A DNA stretch of 63,725 nucleotides, filler included, from Octopus bimaculoides (lineage: Eukaryota): NCBI RefSeq assembly GCF_001194135.2. It is 5 parts of 5 records of this genome, joined end to end, with 100 filler letters (N's around TTAATTAATTAA, not from the genome) between each part and the next. Parts side by side here need not be neighbours in the genome. Positions count along the whole stretch, not along the records: positions 1 to 21,541 come from NC_068983.1; 4 more parts are not named here. The stretch is one strand, 5' to 3'. Below, piece by piece: positions 1-11,150 of the stretch. A program made the position numbers and the translations under genes. The notes below the pieces were generated by a model. That model had not been told where the DNA came from. It ran no database searches and saw nothing but the letters and a program-made list of their open reading frames with translations. The stretch's first letter is position 1. Each line of letters opens with the position of its first letter.

Positions 1-575
1 AACCCGTTTTTCGGACCACAAAAAGGGTTTTGTAATGTTTCAGATTAACAACCGCACGATTTCCACTAGGGTCTTAAGCTTAGGGTTTTAGGGTTAGGGC
101 TAGAGTTTTACGGTTAGGATTAGGGTTAGGGTTAAGGTTAGTGTTAGGATTATGATTAGGGTTGGTGTTAGGGTTACGTTTTTAGGGTCAGGGTTAGGGT
201 TAGGGTTTAGTGTTAGGGTTAGAGTTAGAGTTAACCTAGAAGGGACAGGCCCCTTATTTTTTTGTTAAGGCTGTTGGTAAGTTTTCCTAAGTTACTCCAA
301 TTCACATCCCCAATGCAAACCTTCAGATCAACCTTTTCCTATGCAGATCTCTAATGCAACTTTAAAAAAAACAGTCAATGAGTGGAAATAACCAATAAAC
401 TGATTCCTTATGGGATTTCCCAATTAAATTGCCAGCAAACCATTTTCAGCCAAACCAATTTCAACGGATTTCGCTCAAATCTGATGTCCATGTTACTTAT
501 TTTGGTTTGAAATAAAGCACTTGATCACTTAATAATCCTAGCTTAATCCCGAGCAGCGCCGGGCTATACTCCTAG
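1..575 (+). mobile_element. Helitron-like non-autonomous element, 3' part, with internal degenerate TTAGGG repeats
   Basis: GC hairpin cccg-agcagcgc-cggg (548-563) followed by CTAG|T (572-576), the typical Helitron 3' terminus. The 5' end is not visible in the window. Confidence 0.55.
77..236 (+). repeat. Degenerate interstitial (TTAGGG)n-like array
   Basis: Runs of ttagggttagggtt mixed with variants ttaggat, ttagtg, ttaagg, ttagag. Confidence 0.85.
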
Positions 576-592
576 TAGACTATATATTATTC

Positions 593-827
593 ATATAAAA
601 TACAGTGTACATTTAAACACATAAAAGATGGCCATAATAGGACATCTAACCCGCTAGAAGGAGTAGTTAAAATTCAACCACTATTAGGAGTAATTTCGAA
701 ACAGAATGAAAAATAAAAACATTTACCATCTTTTTCCTGGACCATGGTTTCAAGCTCTCTTCAGCAAATAAAGTAATTACTGTTATGGCCATCTCTTATG
801 TGTTTAAATGTACACTGTATTTTATAT
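593..827. mobile_element. MITE-like element with ~45-bp terminal inverted repeats
   Basis: 593-637 atataaaatacagtgtacatttaaacacataaaagatggccataa is the near-perfect reverse complement of 783-827. Confidence 0.7.
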
Positions 828-897
828 ATATATATACACAGAGAAGACCAGTATACATGCTGAAAAGGGCAATCAAATTCCCAAACCACAGAAAAAA

Positions 898-1727
898 AAC
901 ATTCTTATTTAGAGCACTTTGATTGTAAGCAAGCAGGACAATTTGAAAGAATTAAAATATCAGTAAATTCTATACTCTGAAGTTTCCCCATTAATGATTA
1001 AATAAATCAATTAATTAATTAATCAACTGTTGAATGAACAAATATGGATCTTCAGCAGAATCATCGTCACAAATAATTACAATAAGTACTGAAACACAAA
1101 GTAAACATGTGCGCACTGAGTTTCATCATTACACATTGAGAATTCAAATCAAATAACCTCAACCATTGTTCCAAGTCAGAATAATACAGTAGTGAATACA
1201 AATTCAACAGTGAATTATCTGACCCAAGAATTAAAATATTTAAATATAAATATAAAGGGTAAAAATTATTAAAAATAATAATCTATACCAGTGGCTAGCA
1301 TGCGTAAAAAAAATGTCAGTAGACTGGTATAAATTATTATTTTTAATAAATTTTACCCTTTATATTTATATTTAAATTTACAATGAAAGTAAACAAAGTT
1401 TTTTTTTTTTTTGGTTTTTTTTTTCAGATAATTTACTGCTGCATTATTCTGGTTTGGCATGATGATTGAGGTCATTTGATTTGAACTCTTGATGTATAAC
1501 GATGAAACTCAGTAGGCATGTGTTTCCTTTGTGTTTTGGTACGTATTTGAATTTTATGATTATATGTCCCAGTGATTCTAATGAAGATCCATATTTGGTT
1601 GATTCATCAATTGATTAATTAATTAATTGATTTATTTAATCATTAATGGTGAAAATTCAGAGTATAGAATTAATTGATATTTTAATTCTTTCAAATTGTC
1701 CTGTGCTCTAAATAAGAATGCTTTTTC
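898..1727. repeat. Foldback structure: ~300-bp diverged inverted arms enclosing a second inverted repeat
   Basis: About 898-1195 matches the reverse complement of about 1432-1727; inner arms 1240-1292 and 1324-1376 are nearly perfect. Confidence 0.75.
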
Positions 1728-1837
1728 GTGATGTGGAAATTCGAGTGCCCTTTTTAGCATGTAAGAAGACCACATAGTGGTCTTCTCTCTTAGTATAAAT
1801 TTTATACACTCATATATATTATAAAAATATTTTGTGC

Positions 1838-2016
1838 CGGTGGCACGTAAAAGCACCCACTACACTCTTGGAGTGGTTGGCATTAGGAAGGGCATCCAGC
1901 TGTAGAAACTCTGCTAAATCAGATTGGAGCCTGGTGTAACCATCCGGTTCACCAGTCCTTAGTCAAATCGTCCAACCCATGCTAGCATGGAAAGCAGACG
2001 TTAAATGATGATGATA
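1838..2016 (+). mobile_element. RTE-type LINE 3' UTR fragment
   Basis: gtgccggtggcacgtaaaagcacc...cgtccaacccatgctagcatggaaagcagacgttaaatgatgatgat; matches the 3' end of the RTE copy at 14860-15055. Confidence 0.8.
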
Positions 2017-2675
2017 ATTTATGTCTATTGACATTTTTTTATGCATGCTAGCCACTGATATAAATTATACCTATCTATATCTATATATCTATATATCTAT
2101 ATATTGATATGTCGATATATATATATATATATATATAANNNNNNNNNNNNNNNNNNNNNNNNNNNNNNNNNNNNNNNNNNNNNNNNNNNNNNNNNNNNNN
2201 NNNNNNNNNNNNNNNNNNNNNNNNNNNNNNNNNNNNNNNNNNNNNNNNNNNNNNNNNNNNNNNNNNNNNNNNNNNNNNNNNNNNNNNNNNNNNNNNNNNN
2301 NNNNNNNNNNNNNNNNNNNNNNNNNNNNNNNNNNNNNNNNNNNNNNNNNNNNNNNNNNNNNNNNNNNNNNNNNNNNNNNNNNNNNNNNNNNNNNNNNNNN
2401 NNNNNNNNNNNNNNNNNNNNNNNNNNNNNNNNNNNNNNNNNNNNNNNNNNNNNNNNNNNNNNNNNNNNNNNNNNNNNNNNNNNNNNNNNNNNNNNNNNNN
2501 NNNNNNNNNNNNNNNNNNNNNNNNNNNNNNNNNNNNNNNNNNNNNNNNNNNNNNNNNNNNNNNNNNNNNNNNNNNNNNNNNNNNNNNNNNNNNNNNNNNN
2601 NNNNNNNNNNNNNNNNNNNNNNNNNNNNNNNNNNNNNNNNNNNNNNNNNNNNNNNNNNNNNNNNNNNNNNNNNNN

Positions 2676-2950
2676 TCTCTCCTACAACATCACTATTCTC
2701 TCTCCTACACTGTCTTGCAACACGAAATACCTCGAGTCTTTGGTCCTCACGGCGCAGAACTTCAGGAAACCTGCCAGTCACCTAGTCACCTACCGCTCCG
2801 GCAGACACTCTAGCCAAATCGACTACATCCTCGCCAGAAATAGGGAAAGAGGGCGGCTTATAAATGCCAAAACCTACCCTGGCGAAGAATGTACCCCACA
2901 ACATAGATTAGTAGTTAGCGACTTTGGGATCAAGGCAAAATGGGTGCCCA
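2676..2950 (+). mobile_element. RTE LINE APE endonuclease C-terminal fragment
   Basis: Translation NFRKPASHLVTYRSGRHSSQIDYILARN...KTYPGEECTPQHRLVVSDF, with IDY and QHRLV motifs of APE endonucleases; left end lost in N gap. Confidence 0.8.
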
Positions 2951-4062
2951 TATATATATATATATACCGATACATAGATATATAGATATAGATATGTATG
3001 TTATATATACACACACACACACCCATACAGGCACACACACACTATAGATTGTATATTGTATTACTGTTAGTGTTAGGTTATAAGCAGAAGGTTCATGAAT
3101 CATAAATATGAAACTACAAGTTTCATATCTTTGAGCCTTCATATTATTGAAGAATGAAATTTTCTGTATGAATATGAAAAGCTCTTCTAATTCATATAAT
3201 TGCAAAGACCTTAATATCTTCTTACTGATATGCACATTTCTAAAGAATTAATTTATTGATCAATGGTCTCCCTTGCCAATAGTATTGAGATAAAAAAAAA
3301 ACTATGGAAAGCTCACTAAAAATCGTTTTAAAAGAAGATTCTTGCAACTTGAGTATACATTCAGATACTCAAAATGATACTTAACCACTTTACTATTCAA
3401 ATATAGCTGGAGTTTAAAGTATAATAATATTTACTTTTAAAAAACAAATTGGTGCATTATAAAACACATGTTATTCTACATTAATAGTCTCAGAAGCTAT
3501 GATCTCTTTTCTCGACGGTGTATAACATTCTATTACATCTCTTTGTAATTTTGAACAAAAGATCAGAATTGATTAATTTTTGAAAACTCTTTGATTGCGA
3601 TTTATTGAAAATATTATATTTCCTAGTTAATGGATTTCCAATGTCCCAACAGATAGAATGTTAAAAAAATTTCAGATAATCAAGACTATGAATTTATCAA
3701 CAAAAGTTACTTTCCTATGCTCACATTTTAATGCACTTTCTAATATTTAAAAAAAATAAATTCAATCAAATATTGATGTTATGTTGTCTGTTCACATTTC
3801 AAGGTGTTTGCAAATATTCTTGGGTAGTTGCAAGCATGGATGGATGCTTATAAAGTTTGTTTTGCAACCACATAGTTTCAGATTTGTTGCCCAACTCTGT
3901 CTGGCCCTCACTCTGCCTGGCCCTTACTCTGTCTGCCCCCCCTACTCTGTCTGACTCCCACTCTGTTACATCTTGGGGAAGTGTCTTCTATGAAAAATTC
4001 AGAATGACTTATGCCTTGTGAAAGAAATTGGTAGACAAAAACTGAGAAGCCTGACATAGATC

Positions 4063-4146
4063 TGTATGTATGTATGTATGTATGTATGTATGTATGTATG
4101 TATGTATGTATGTATGTATGTATGTATGTATGTATGTATGTATGTA

Positions 4147-4185
<39 letters not shown>

Positions 4186-4192
4186 GTGTGTT
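4063..4192. repeat. Compound (TATG)n/(TG)n microsatellite
   Basis: Direct reading. Confidence 0.95.
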
Positions 4193-4331
4193 TGAACATC
4201 ATTTCCACACTAATAATGACCAAGTAAAAACAGTAACCTTACTTACTTCACTGGTAAGCAAAAATACCATAGTTTCAGCAGCTTCATTGCTTTCAATATG
4301 TAAAGACTAGTGGAATGAAAATACCTTATAT

Positions 4332-4542
4332 CAGGAGTCAGCAAACCAGGATAAATTACCCCAAGTGGGGTGAAAATGAAATTCTTAGGGGTAATGAGAA
4401 CTCGTTAGACATAAGTAAAATCATATAAAAAAAAATATGTTCGTTGTTATCTATGATTTTCTTCTTTTTTAATCAAGGGGGTAATGTTGGCATAAATAAG
4501 TATATTTTGGGGGTAATTAGTTAAAGAAGTTTCCAATCCCTG
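4332..4542. mobile_element. hAT-type MITE
   Basis: Ends caggagtcagcaaac ... gtttccaatccctg, flanked by 8-bp TSD-like ccttatat (4324-4331) and ctttatat (4543-4550), 7/8 identical. Confidence 0.6.
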
Positions 4543-5157
4543 CTTTATATAGAAAATATATAAGGATTGCTCATAAGAAGAGTATTTGGTCATAGAAAAT
4601 CTGCTTTATCAAATTTCATACCCTATGCCTTCATGGAAAAAAGACATAAAAACCAATGATGGTGATGACGATGATGACAACGATGATGTACAGAAAGAAA
4701 TAGGTAAATGTTTTCACAACACTAATGTTCATAATACGCATCAGTCAAAGGAAGAAAGTTTTTGATCAAGTACTATTTCTGCAAATGGGCAAAACCTCAT
4801 CACTCTAATATGATATAACAACACCAGATTAAATTAATGTTTCTGTAGCAATAACATTAATCACAAAGAAAAATAAATAAACAAACAAACAAAATATAAT
4901 GACAATGATAAAGAAGGTGCAATATACTTTAGGTTACAGTTGCTGCTTCTGTTGTTGTTTAGCCTCAGTTAAACTCTGATAAAGCAGGCCTATGACCAAT
5001 AGTGTTCTAGTTGTGTCAATTATCTCTGGTGTTAGGAGAAATCAAGGATTTTATTGTCTAACATTTAACTTTTTTTTGGTTTTTTGTCTTAGATGATAAG
5101 GTGAGATTTGAGGAAGATTTGACTGCTGTTTCTTGCATGTAGAGGTTCTCTCTTGGT

Positions 5158-5203
5158 ATGAATGATGATGATAATGATGGCAAGGATGATGATGATGATG
5201 ATA

Positions 5204-5235
<32 letters not shown>

Positions 5236-5454
5236 GAGAGAACACTAGTGACACAATGACAACACTGTAACAATATAAGAACAACATGCAAAGACAACAC
5301 AATAACATAACGACCATGACGATAATGCACAATAACAGCACAACAACAGCACAACGACAATAACAACAATGTTGATGGTGATGTTGATGATGATGCAGCT
5401 GATGGCATTGATTATGATAATGATGATGTTGATGATGATAACAACGACAGTAAA

Positions 5455-5496
<42 letters not shown>

Positions 5497-5560
5497 AATG
5501 ATGATATTGATGATAATGATGATGGTGACGATGCTGACGATGATGATGATGAGGAGGAGG
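5158..5560. repeat. (GAT)n/(AAC)n trinucleotide low-complexity tract
   Basis: Direct reading; source of the poly-H/poly-M/poly-I ORFs in the track. Confidence 0.9.
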
Positions 5561-6877
5561 AGTAGGAAATCCAAATCTCCCTCGAATCACATTATAGTAT
5601 CTAACAAAATGGACGCCATGTGTAGTGTTAGATATTCTGTCTTTGAAACGAAAAGAAAAATGGAATTGTCAGCCCTAAAAAGACTATTATGAAAGGAATG
5701 CATGCTCAAATATGACCTTCAGTTAAATAGCAACAACAATAACAAGAAAAACAACACCAACTAAAATTTCAAACATGTTCTTTGAATTTAAAGAACAGGA
5801 TCATGCGGGCCAGGAACAAAGTTAAATCGTGGAAGAATATCTATAAGGGCTACAATGGCTTTGAACCCAGCTACTTGAATTAATTTTCAGCTAGAAACTG
5901 AATAAAATTGAGCTACTCGTAAAAATATAAGGACATTTAACATTTGTAACCAAATGTCTGTTTATTTCTGCCATGGTGAAAGAATTCTATTGTTAGATGG
6001 TAGCTGTAGAAAAGATATTCACTCTTGAAATGTCCTTGCTCTTCCTTTTTGATGTCCTCCTCATCATCATCAGCATCATTATTGGCATCGTCATGGTCGT
6101 TGCCGTCATCATCATCATCATTGACATCAACATTGTCATCATCACCGTAATCATTGTCATCGTCATCATTGTCATCAATATCCTCCTCCTCCACCTCTTC
6201 CTCATCATCATCATCATCATCATCTTCTATATTTAACTATCTTGTCTGCTACAGGCCATACACATTTCTACTGTGCTTTAAAAAGCTGTTCAGTCAGTAG
6301 GTTTGTGGTCATAGAAACTGCATATGAGAGTACATATCTGAGTATACACACATGCACACTCACATACACACATACACACACACACGTACATGCATGCATA
6401 CACATACACATACACATACACGTGTCCACACACACGTACACATGCCTGCACATACACACACACATCAGTGGCATAATTGATTAAATAAAAGTTTAAAGAA
6501 TGGGAGAAAAATTCCTTCTTGGAAGTGAAGACAAAAATGAACATAGATGCTGATTAATTGAAAGTAGTTAATGAAGAAGGTAATGATTATATTTTTTTAA
6601 CCCTTGTTGTTCTTGAGTTTATTCCTTTTTATGTAATGAATTAAGAAAAAAATGCAGAAATGGGACAAATTACATTGATCCCATTCAGAAAGATAATGAA
6701 AATAACTAAATAAATGTAGTGGAGGGAAGTTCATTAATTATCCAAGATCCAATTTTATTAAAATTCCCTTACCTAGTATTCGTGTAAAATTCTACAAAAA
6801 TTCTGTAAGTAAATGATTCTATATGGGAAAATATTTCTTCATTTGCTTTCAAAAATTTTTTCATTATTAGTAATGGA

Positions 6878-7095
6878 TGCAATGTGGTGACTCAGCAGAA
6901 TTGTTAGTAGACAAGGCAAAATGCTTAGTGGTATTTCATCCTTCTTTATGTTCTGTGTTCAAATTCTGCCAAGGTCAACTTTGCCTTTCATCCTTTCAGA
7001 GACCATAAAATAAGTCCCAGTTGAGTACTGGGGTCAATGCAATCAACTTATCCCCTCCCTTGAACTTGCTGGCCTTGTGCTAAAATTTGTATTAT
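6878..7095 (+). mobile_element. tRNA-derived SINE, family 3 (ggtgagctggcagaatcgttagc...), CpG-decayed copy
   Basis: Box A/B-like head, body gttcaaattc...actttgcctttcatcctttc...agtactggggtc; homologs at 8008-8200, 10935-11150(-), 27895-28090, 55022-55230, 55245-55377. Confidence 0.75.
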
Positions 7096-7134
7096 TATTA
7101 TTGCTATTATCATTATTATTATCGAGTGAGAGAG

Positions 7135-7420
7135 CAGTGCATGCCATCAAAGTGACACGGGGGTAAACTATACGAAGCCCATTATACCCATCATAACTAC
7201 CCGTCTGATAAGGGTACACCAGGCACATGCATCACAACCATATGTGCATGACATGGTGATCTCATATCAAGATAAACAGCGCATGACCTCGCAGGTGGGG
7301 CCCAGTTAGAATTTTCTTCAGGTCAAGTAGCCCATCCTATTCAAAAGGTCCCTGAATAATGTTTGTTTAAGGATGTTGAGCAAAACACCCATATTTCCAA
7401 ACGTGAATTATTCAAAGGTG
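7135..7420. repeat. Dispersed repeat flanked by (TAT)n; second copy at 56115-56420
   Basis: gagagagcagtgcatgccatcaaag...gataagggtacaccaggc...gggcccagttagaattttcttcaggtc is shared by both loci. Confidence 0.8.
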
Positions 7421-7455
7421 AATTATTATTTATTACTATTATTATTATTATTATT

Positions 7456-7960
7456 ATTCAGTAGTTTTATTTTTATAACGTGCTTTCACTTCACTACCGA
7501 GCGCAGCTCTGTGCACCTTGGGTATGTGCTGTGGTTTGCTGTGGTGCTCTTATGTTTACTGTATTGAAAGTGTTTTGCGTAGAATGTGTGCAGTACCCAG
7601 TAGTGCAATTTTCTGTATGTTATATATATTTGTAAGTCCTGCTATTTTTGTTATGTATTTGTCTGAATATTTTTTTATTATACCTAAGGCACCTACTATG
7701 ATAGGAATTGTTTCTGTTTTTAGATTCCACATTCNNNNNNNNNNNNNNNNNNNNNNNNNNNNNNNNNNNNNNNNNNNNNNNNNNNNNNNNNNNNNNNNNN
7801 NNNNNAATTAGAAAGCATTTTTTTTCTTCATGATCTTTGACAACTATATCTGGTCTATTTGCCTTAATTTCTCTATCTGTGTGTATTGGCATATCCCAGA
7901 GTATGGTTGCTTTCTCGTTTTCTGTGACCTTTTCTGGCGTGTGTTTATACCATCTTTTTT
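7456..7960 (-). mobile_element. R4/Dong-like non-LTR retrotransposon 3' fragment (restriction-like endonuclease)
   Basis: TDREIKANRPDIVVKDHEEKKCFLI...GALGIIKK-type RLE motif (PD..D); both ends abut (TAA)n tracts; interrupted by an N gap. Confidence 0.7.
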
Positions 7961-7969
7961 CTGTTGTTA

Positions 7970-8007
<38 letters not shown>

Positions 8008-8008
<1 letters not shown>

Positions 8009-8200
8009 GGTGGTGAGCTGGCAGAATTGTTAGCTTAATGGTATTTCATCCATCTTTACGTTCTGTGTTCAAATTCTACAGCAGTTGACTTTGCCATTCA
8101 TCCTTTTTGGGGTTGATATAACAAGTATCAGTTGAACACTGGGATTGACTTACCTCTCTCCCGAAATTGCAGGCCTTGTACCAAAATTTGAAATCATTAT
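8008..8200 (+). mobile_element. tRNA-derived SINE, family 3
   Basis: ggtggtgagctggcagaattgttagc...gttcaaattc...ccaaaatttgaaatc; homologous to 55022-55230. Confidence 0.75.
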
Positions 8201-8470
8201 TAGTGATGGAAGCAGTATTAGTACCAAATAGCAATCTGTGTGCCTTATGTAACATGGATATACTAATAGAAAGCCACAATACTGAAGTGTTTATCATGTG
8301 AAGGCATATTGTATAGATGTATAGTGCTAAAAAGCACAGTAGCAGATGAAAAATGTCTAGTAATGACAATGGAACTGCTTGGTCATATGATTTCTGTGTA
8401 TTTGCATGTCACCAACAGTAGGTTTCCACTATCACTGCATGCTTTGGTAAGTTTCCCCTGTACTGATATA

Positions 8471-8683
8471 TAGGGTAGCCCAAAAGTAGGTTTACAGTTA
8501 TTCAACTATCTCTTTCATATTCATATATTAACAGTTTAGATCTTAATTATAAAAAAAATATGAAACCATTATTCTATGTTAATTTAGTTAATCGTAAGAT
8601 AGAAATTTAAATGTAATAAAATGTTTTAAAAGAAATTTAAAGTGCCTACATAATAAATGTAAACCTACTTTTGGGCCACCCTG
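8471..8683. mobile_element. Tc1/mariner-type MITE
   Basis: TIRs (t/c)agggt(a/g)gcccaaaagtaggtttaca ... tgtaaacctacttttgggccaccctg, with TA on both sides. Confidence 0.8.
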
Positions 8684-8849
8684 TACAGAAAAACAATGAC
8701 TCATCACTCACTGGTGTCACAGATAGGTGGTAGGCTGGGTAAAGATTTGTTATTAGTAACAGAGGCAGTCTTAGTACCAAAAAGTAAAATTCTTTGTTTA
8801 TAGTGGAGTATTATAAACAAGTTCATAAACATGGCTGTAATCTCACTTT

Positions 8850-9790
8850 AGTTGCCTGGTCTTCTCAATCACAGCATATCTCCAAAGGTCTTGGTCTCCT
8901 GTCATTGCCCCTGTGAGGCCCAATGTTCGAAGGTCATGCTTCACCACTTCATCCCATGTCTTCCTGGGTCTACCTCTTCCACAGTTAGGGAGTGGCACTG
9001 TCTCACACAGCTGTCCTCATCCATACATAATGTCATGGTCCATGTTTCACTGCCATGTAGCATGGCAGTTCACACACATGTATCATTCAGTCTACCGTTC
9101 ACCCTGAGCGAGAGGCCCTAAGTTGCCAGCAGAGGTAGGAGCTCCCTGAACTTTGCCCAGGCTATTCTTATTCTAGCCGCTACACTCTCAGAGCAACCAC
9201 CCCCTCTACAGATTTGGTCACCTAGGTAGTGGAAGCTATTAACTACTTCTAGTTTTTTCCTCCAGCATGTGATGGAATCTGTTTTCTGTACATCTTCAGT
9301 GTTCATTGCCCCTGTGCATCTACCACACACAAAAACTATCTTCCCAGTTAATCTCCCTTTGATGTTGCTGCACCTTTTATGTGTCCATAGCTTACACTGG
9401 GTACATCGTATGGAGTTTCTACCCACACCTTTTCTACAGATCGAGCAGTGTCATCTACCTGAAGGGGTTTGTGATTTGTCAGCCTTCCTACATACTAAGA
9501 CTTTGGTTTTTGCTAGGTTAACTCTAAGGCCCTTCAATTCTAGACCTTGCTTCCACACCCTAAAGTTTGTCTCTAGTTCTGGCAGTGACTTGGCTATTAG
9601 AGCAAGGTCATCAGCATAGAGGAGCTTCCAAGAGCATCCTGTCTTGAACTCCTCTGATATTGCCTGGAAGATTATAATGAATAAGAGAGGGCTGGGGACT
9701 GATCCTTGATGAACCCTACTTCTTCACTATACTCGTTGCCAACCTCACCTTACTGACAGCAACTCTGTACAGGGCTTGTACAGCTGAAGG
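8850..9790 (-). mobile_element. RTE LINE, 5'-truncated and decayed (RT C-terminal half to ORF end)
   Basis: Minus-strand GRNSIRCTQCKLWTHKRCS, FHYLGD, RIAWAKFRELLPLL, GRPRKTWDEVVK; closely similar to 13410-15055. Confidence 0.9.
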
Positions 9791-9849
9791 AAATTGTGGT
9801 ATACAGTACTCAGGTGCACTACTACAACTAAAAAATAAAAGCCATTAGG

Positions 9850-10010
9850 TGTACTGTTGGTAGATTTCAGGAAACATGGAAGTTTTGAAGAATGTAGTGT
9901 CTCAACAGCTAACAACTGATGCGGGTAGTTTATTCCATTCTTCAGCAATTCTGAGGGTGGAAAAATATTCCGAAAGTCATGGGTGTTGTGTTGTTTTTTT
10001 GATTTTATAA
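9850..10010 (-). mobile_element. CR1/L2-like LINE ORF2 3' end fragment
   Basis: Minus-strand reading ...WNKLPASVVSC*DTTFFKTSM resembles the WNxLP..VV....FK terminal motif. Confidence 0.5.
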
Positions 10011-10934
10011 GCATGTCTGCAAGTGATTGCCATATGGAATTCAAAATGTTGCCCAAGGTTGTTGTTGGAAAGATGGTGGATAATCTTGTTTATTATAAAC
10101 TCTATTTTACATTTCCTGCCTACAAGAGATTATGTCCGGTCTTTAGCATACTGCTGTATGTTTTCTCAAACTACGATCACAGGAAAAGTTGTTGATAAGA
10201 ATTATCAACAAAAACAAACCTGATAAATATGTACAGGTGTTGCAAATTAAGTTTAATTACCAATAAACATCAGCTTGGATGACACTTCACTTAGCTGAGT
10301 AAAATATGTAAAATATGGCCTGAACCATGATTACCAGCAGGTATGTTAGACGTCAAAAAGTAGCTAACCATTTCATGTTTTTTGTAAATTTATTCAGAAA
10401 AAGTAAGCATTATGCCATCCAGAATAAATAAAAGTCAACTTCATTACATTTAAGCCCATTAAATGAGTCAATTTTTGGTATGAATGTTTATGTTTTGTTC
10501 GTCCTTTTTCAACAAAAAACTTTCTGAAAAATTCTGGAAATATGTAATTCATGCACCCACTAAAATTTGCTTTTATTTTTGTGGAAAAAAGTATTTGAAT
10601 TACATGGGCTTTTATGGTATATATATCTATATTGTCCTGTGTATGACTGTAAACCACATCTATCAGTGGAACCCTTTGTGGGAGTTCCAGGGTTTTAGGA
10701 GTGTGGAACCACCTCTTAGTCACTATTGTTACCAGTTCTACTCATAATTAGAGTTGTAGTATTTGTCAGAATCCCAACTATGGGTTAAACAACATGTAAC
10801 CATCTAAGCTAGGTTACATTGACATCACAGGGTGCAGTATGGTAGATGGGAACTATTTTGGTAGATAAATCTTAATGCATCAACAGTGGATATTACTAGA
10901 TGCTGAGTGGATGAACTGACAACATACTATTAAT

Positions 10935-11150
10935 CTTTTCTACTCTAAGCACAAAGCTTGAAATTTTTGGGGAGGGGGCCAGTCGATTAGATCGATCCCA
11001 GTATGCAACTGGAACTTAATTTATCAACCCTGAAAGGATGAAAGGTAAAGTTGACCTCAGCAAAATTTGAACTCAGAACGTAAAGACAGATGAAATATCG
11101 CCAAGCATTTCACCCGGCATGCTAATGTTTCTGCCAGCTCGCCGACTTAC
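10935..11150 (-). mobile_element. tRNA-derived SINE, family 3
   Basis: Reverse complement of the family consensus (gtcggcgagctggcagaaacattagc...). Confidence 0.75.

Noticed and set aside
2089-2985. Long ORFs spanning N gaps (also 28225-29548, 32358-33419, 34363-35066, 45971-46609, 53757-54602)
   Set aside because: Open only because N codons are not stops.
4620-5140. Possible plus-strand exon pair MPSWKKDIKTNDGDDDD...EI / DDKVRFEEDLTAVSCM*
   Set aside because: Built largely on a (GAT)n repeat, very short, no homology; chance splice-like signals cannot be excluded.
5051-5692. Poly-His/Ile/Met/Val/Ser ORFs and the many CVCV, HTHT, YIYI and LSIY ORFs
   Set aside because: Translations of di-, tri- and tetranucleotide microsatellites, with no splice or compositional support.
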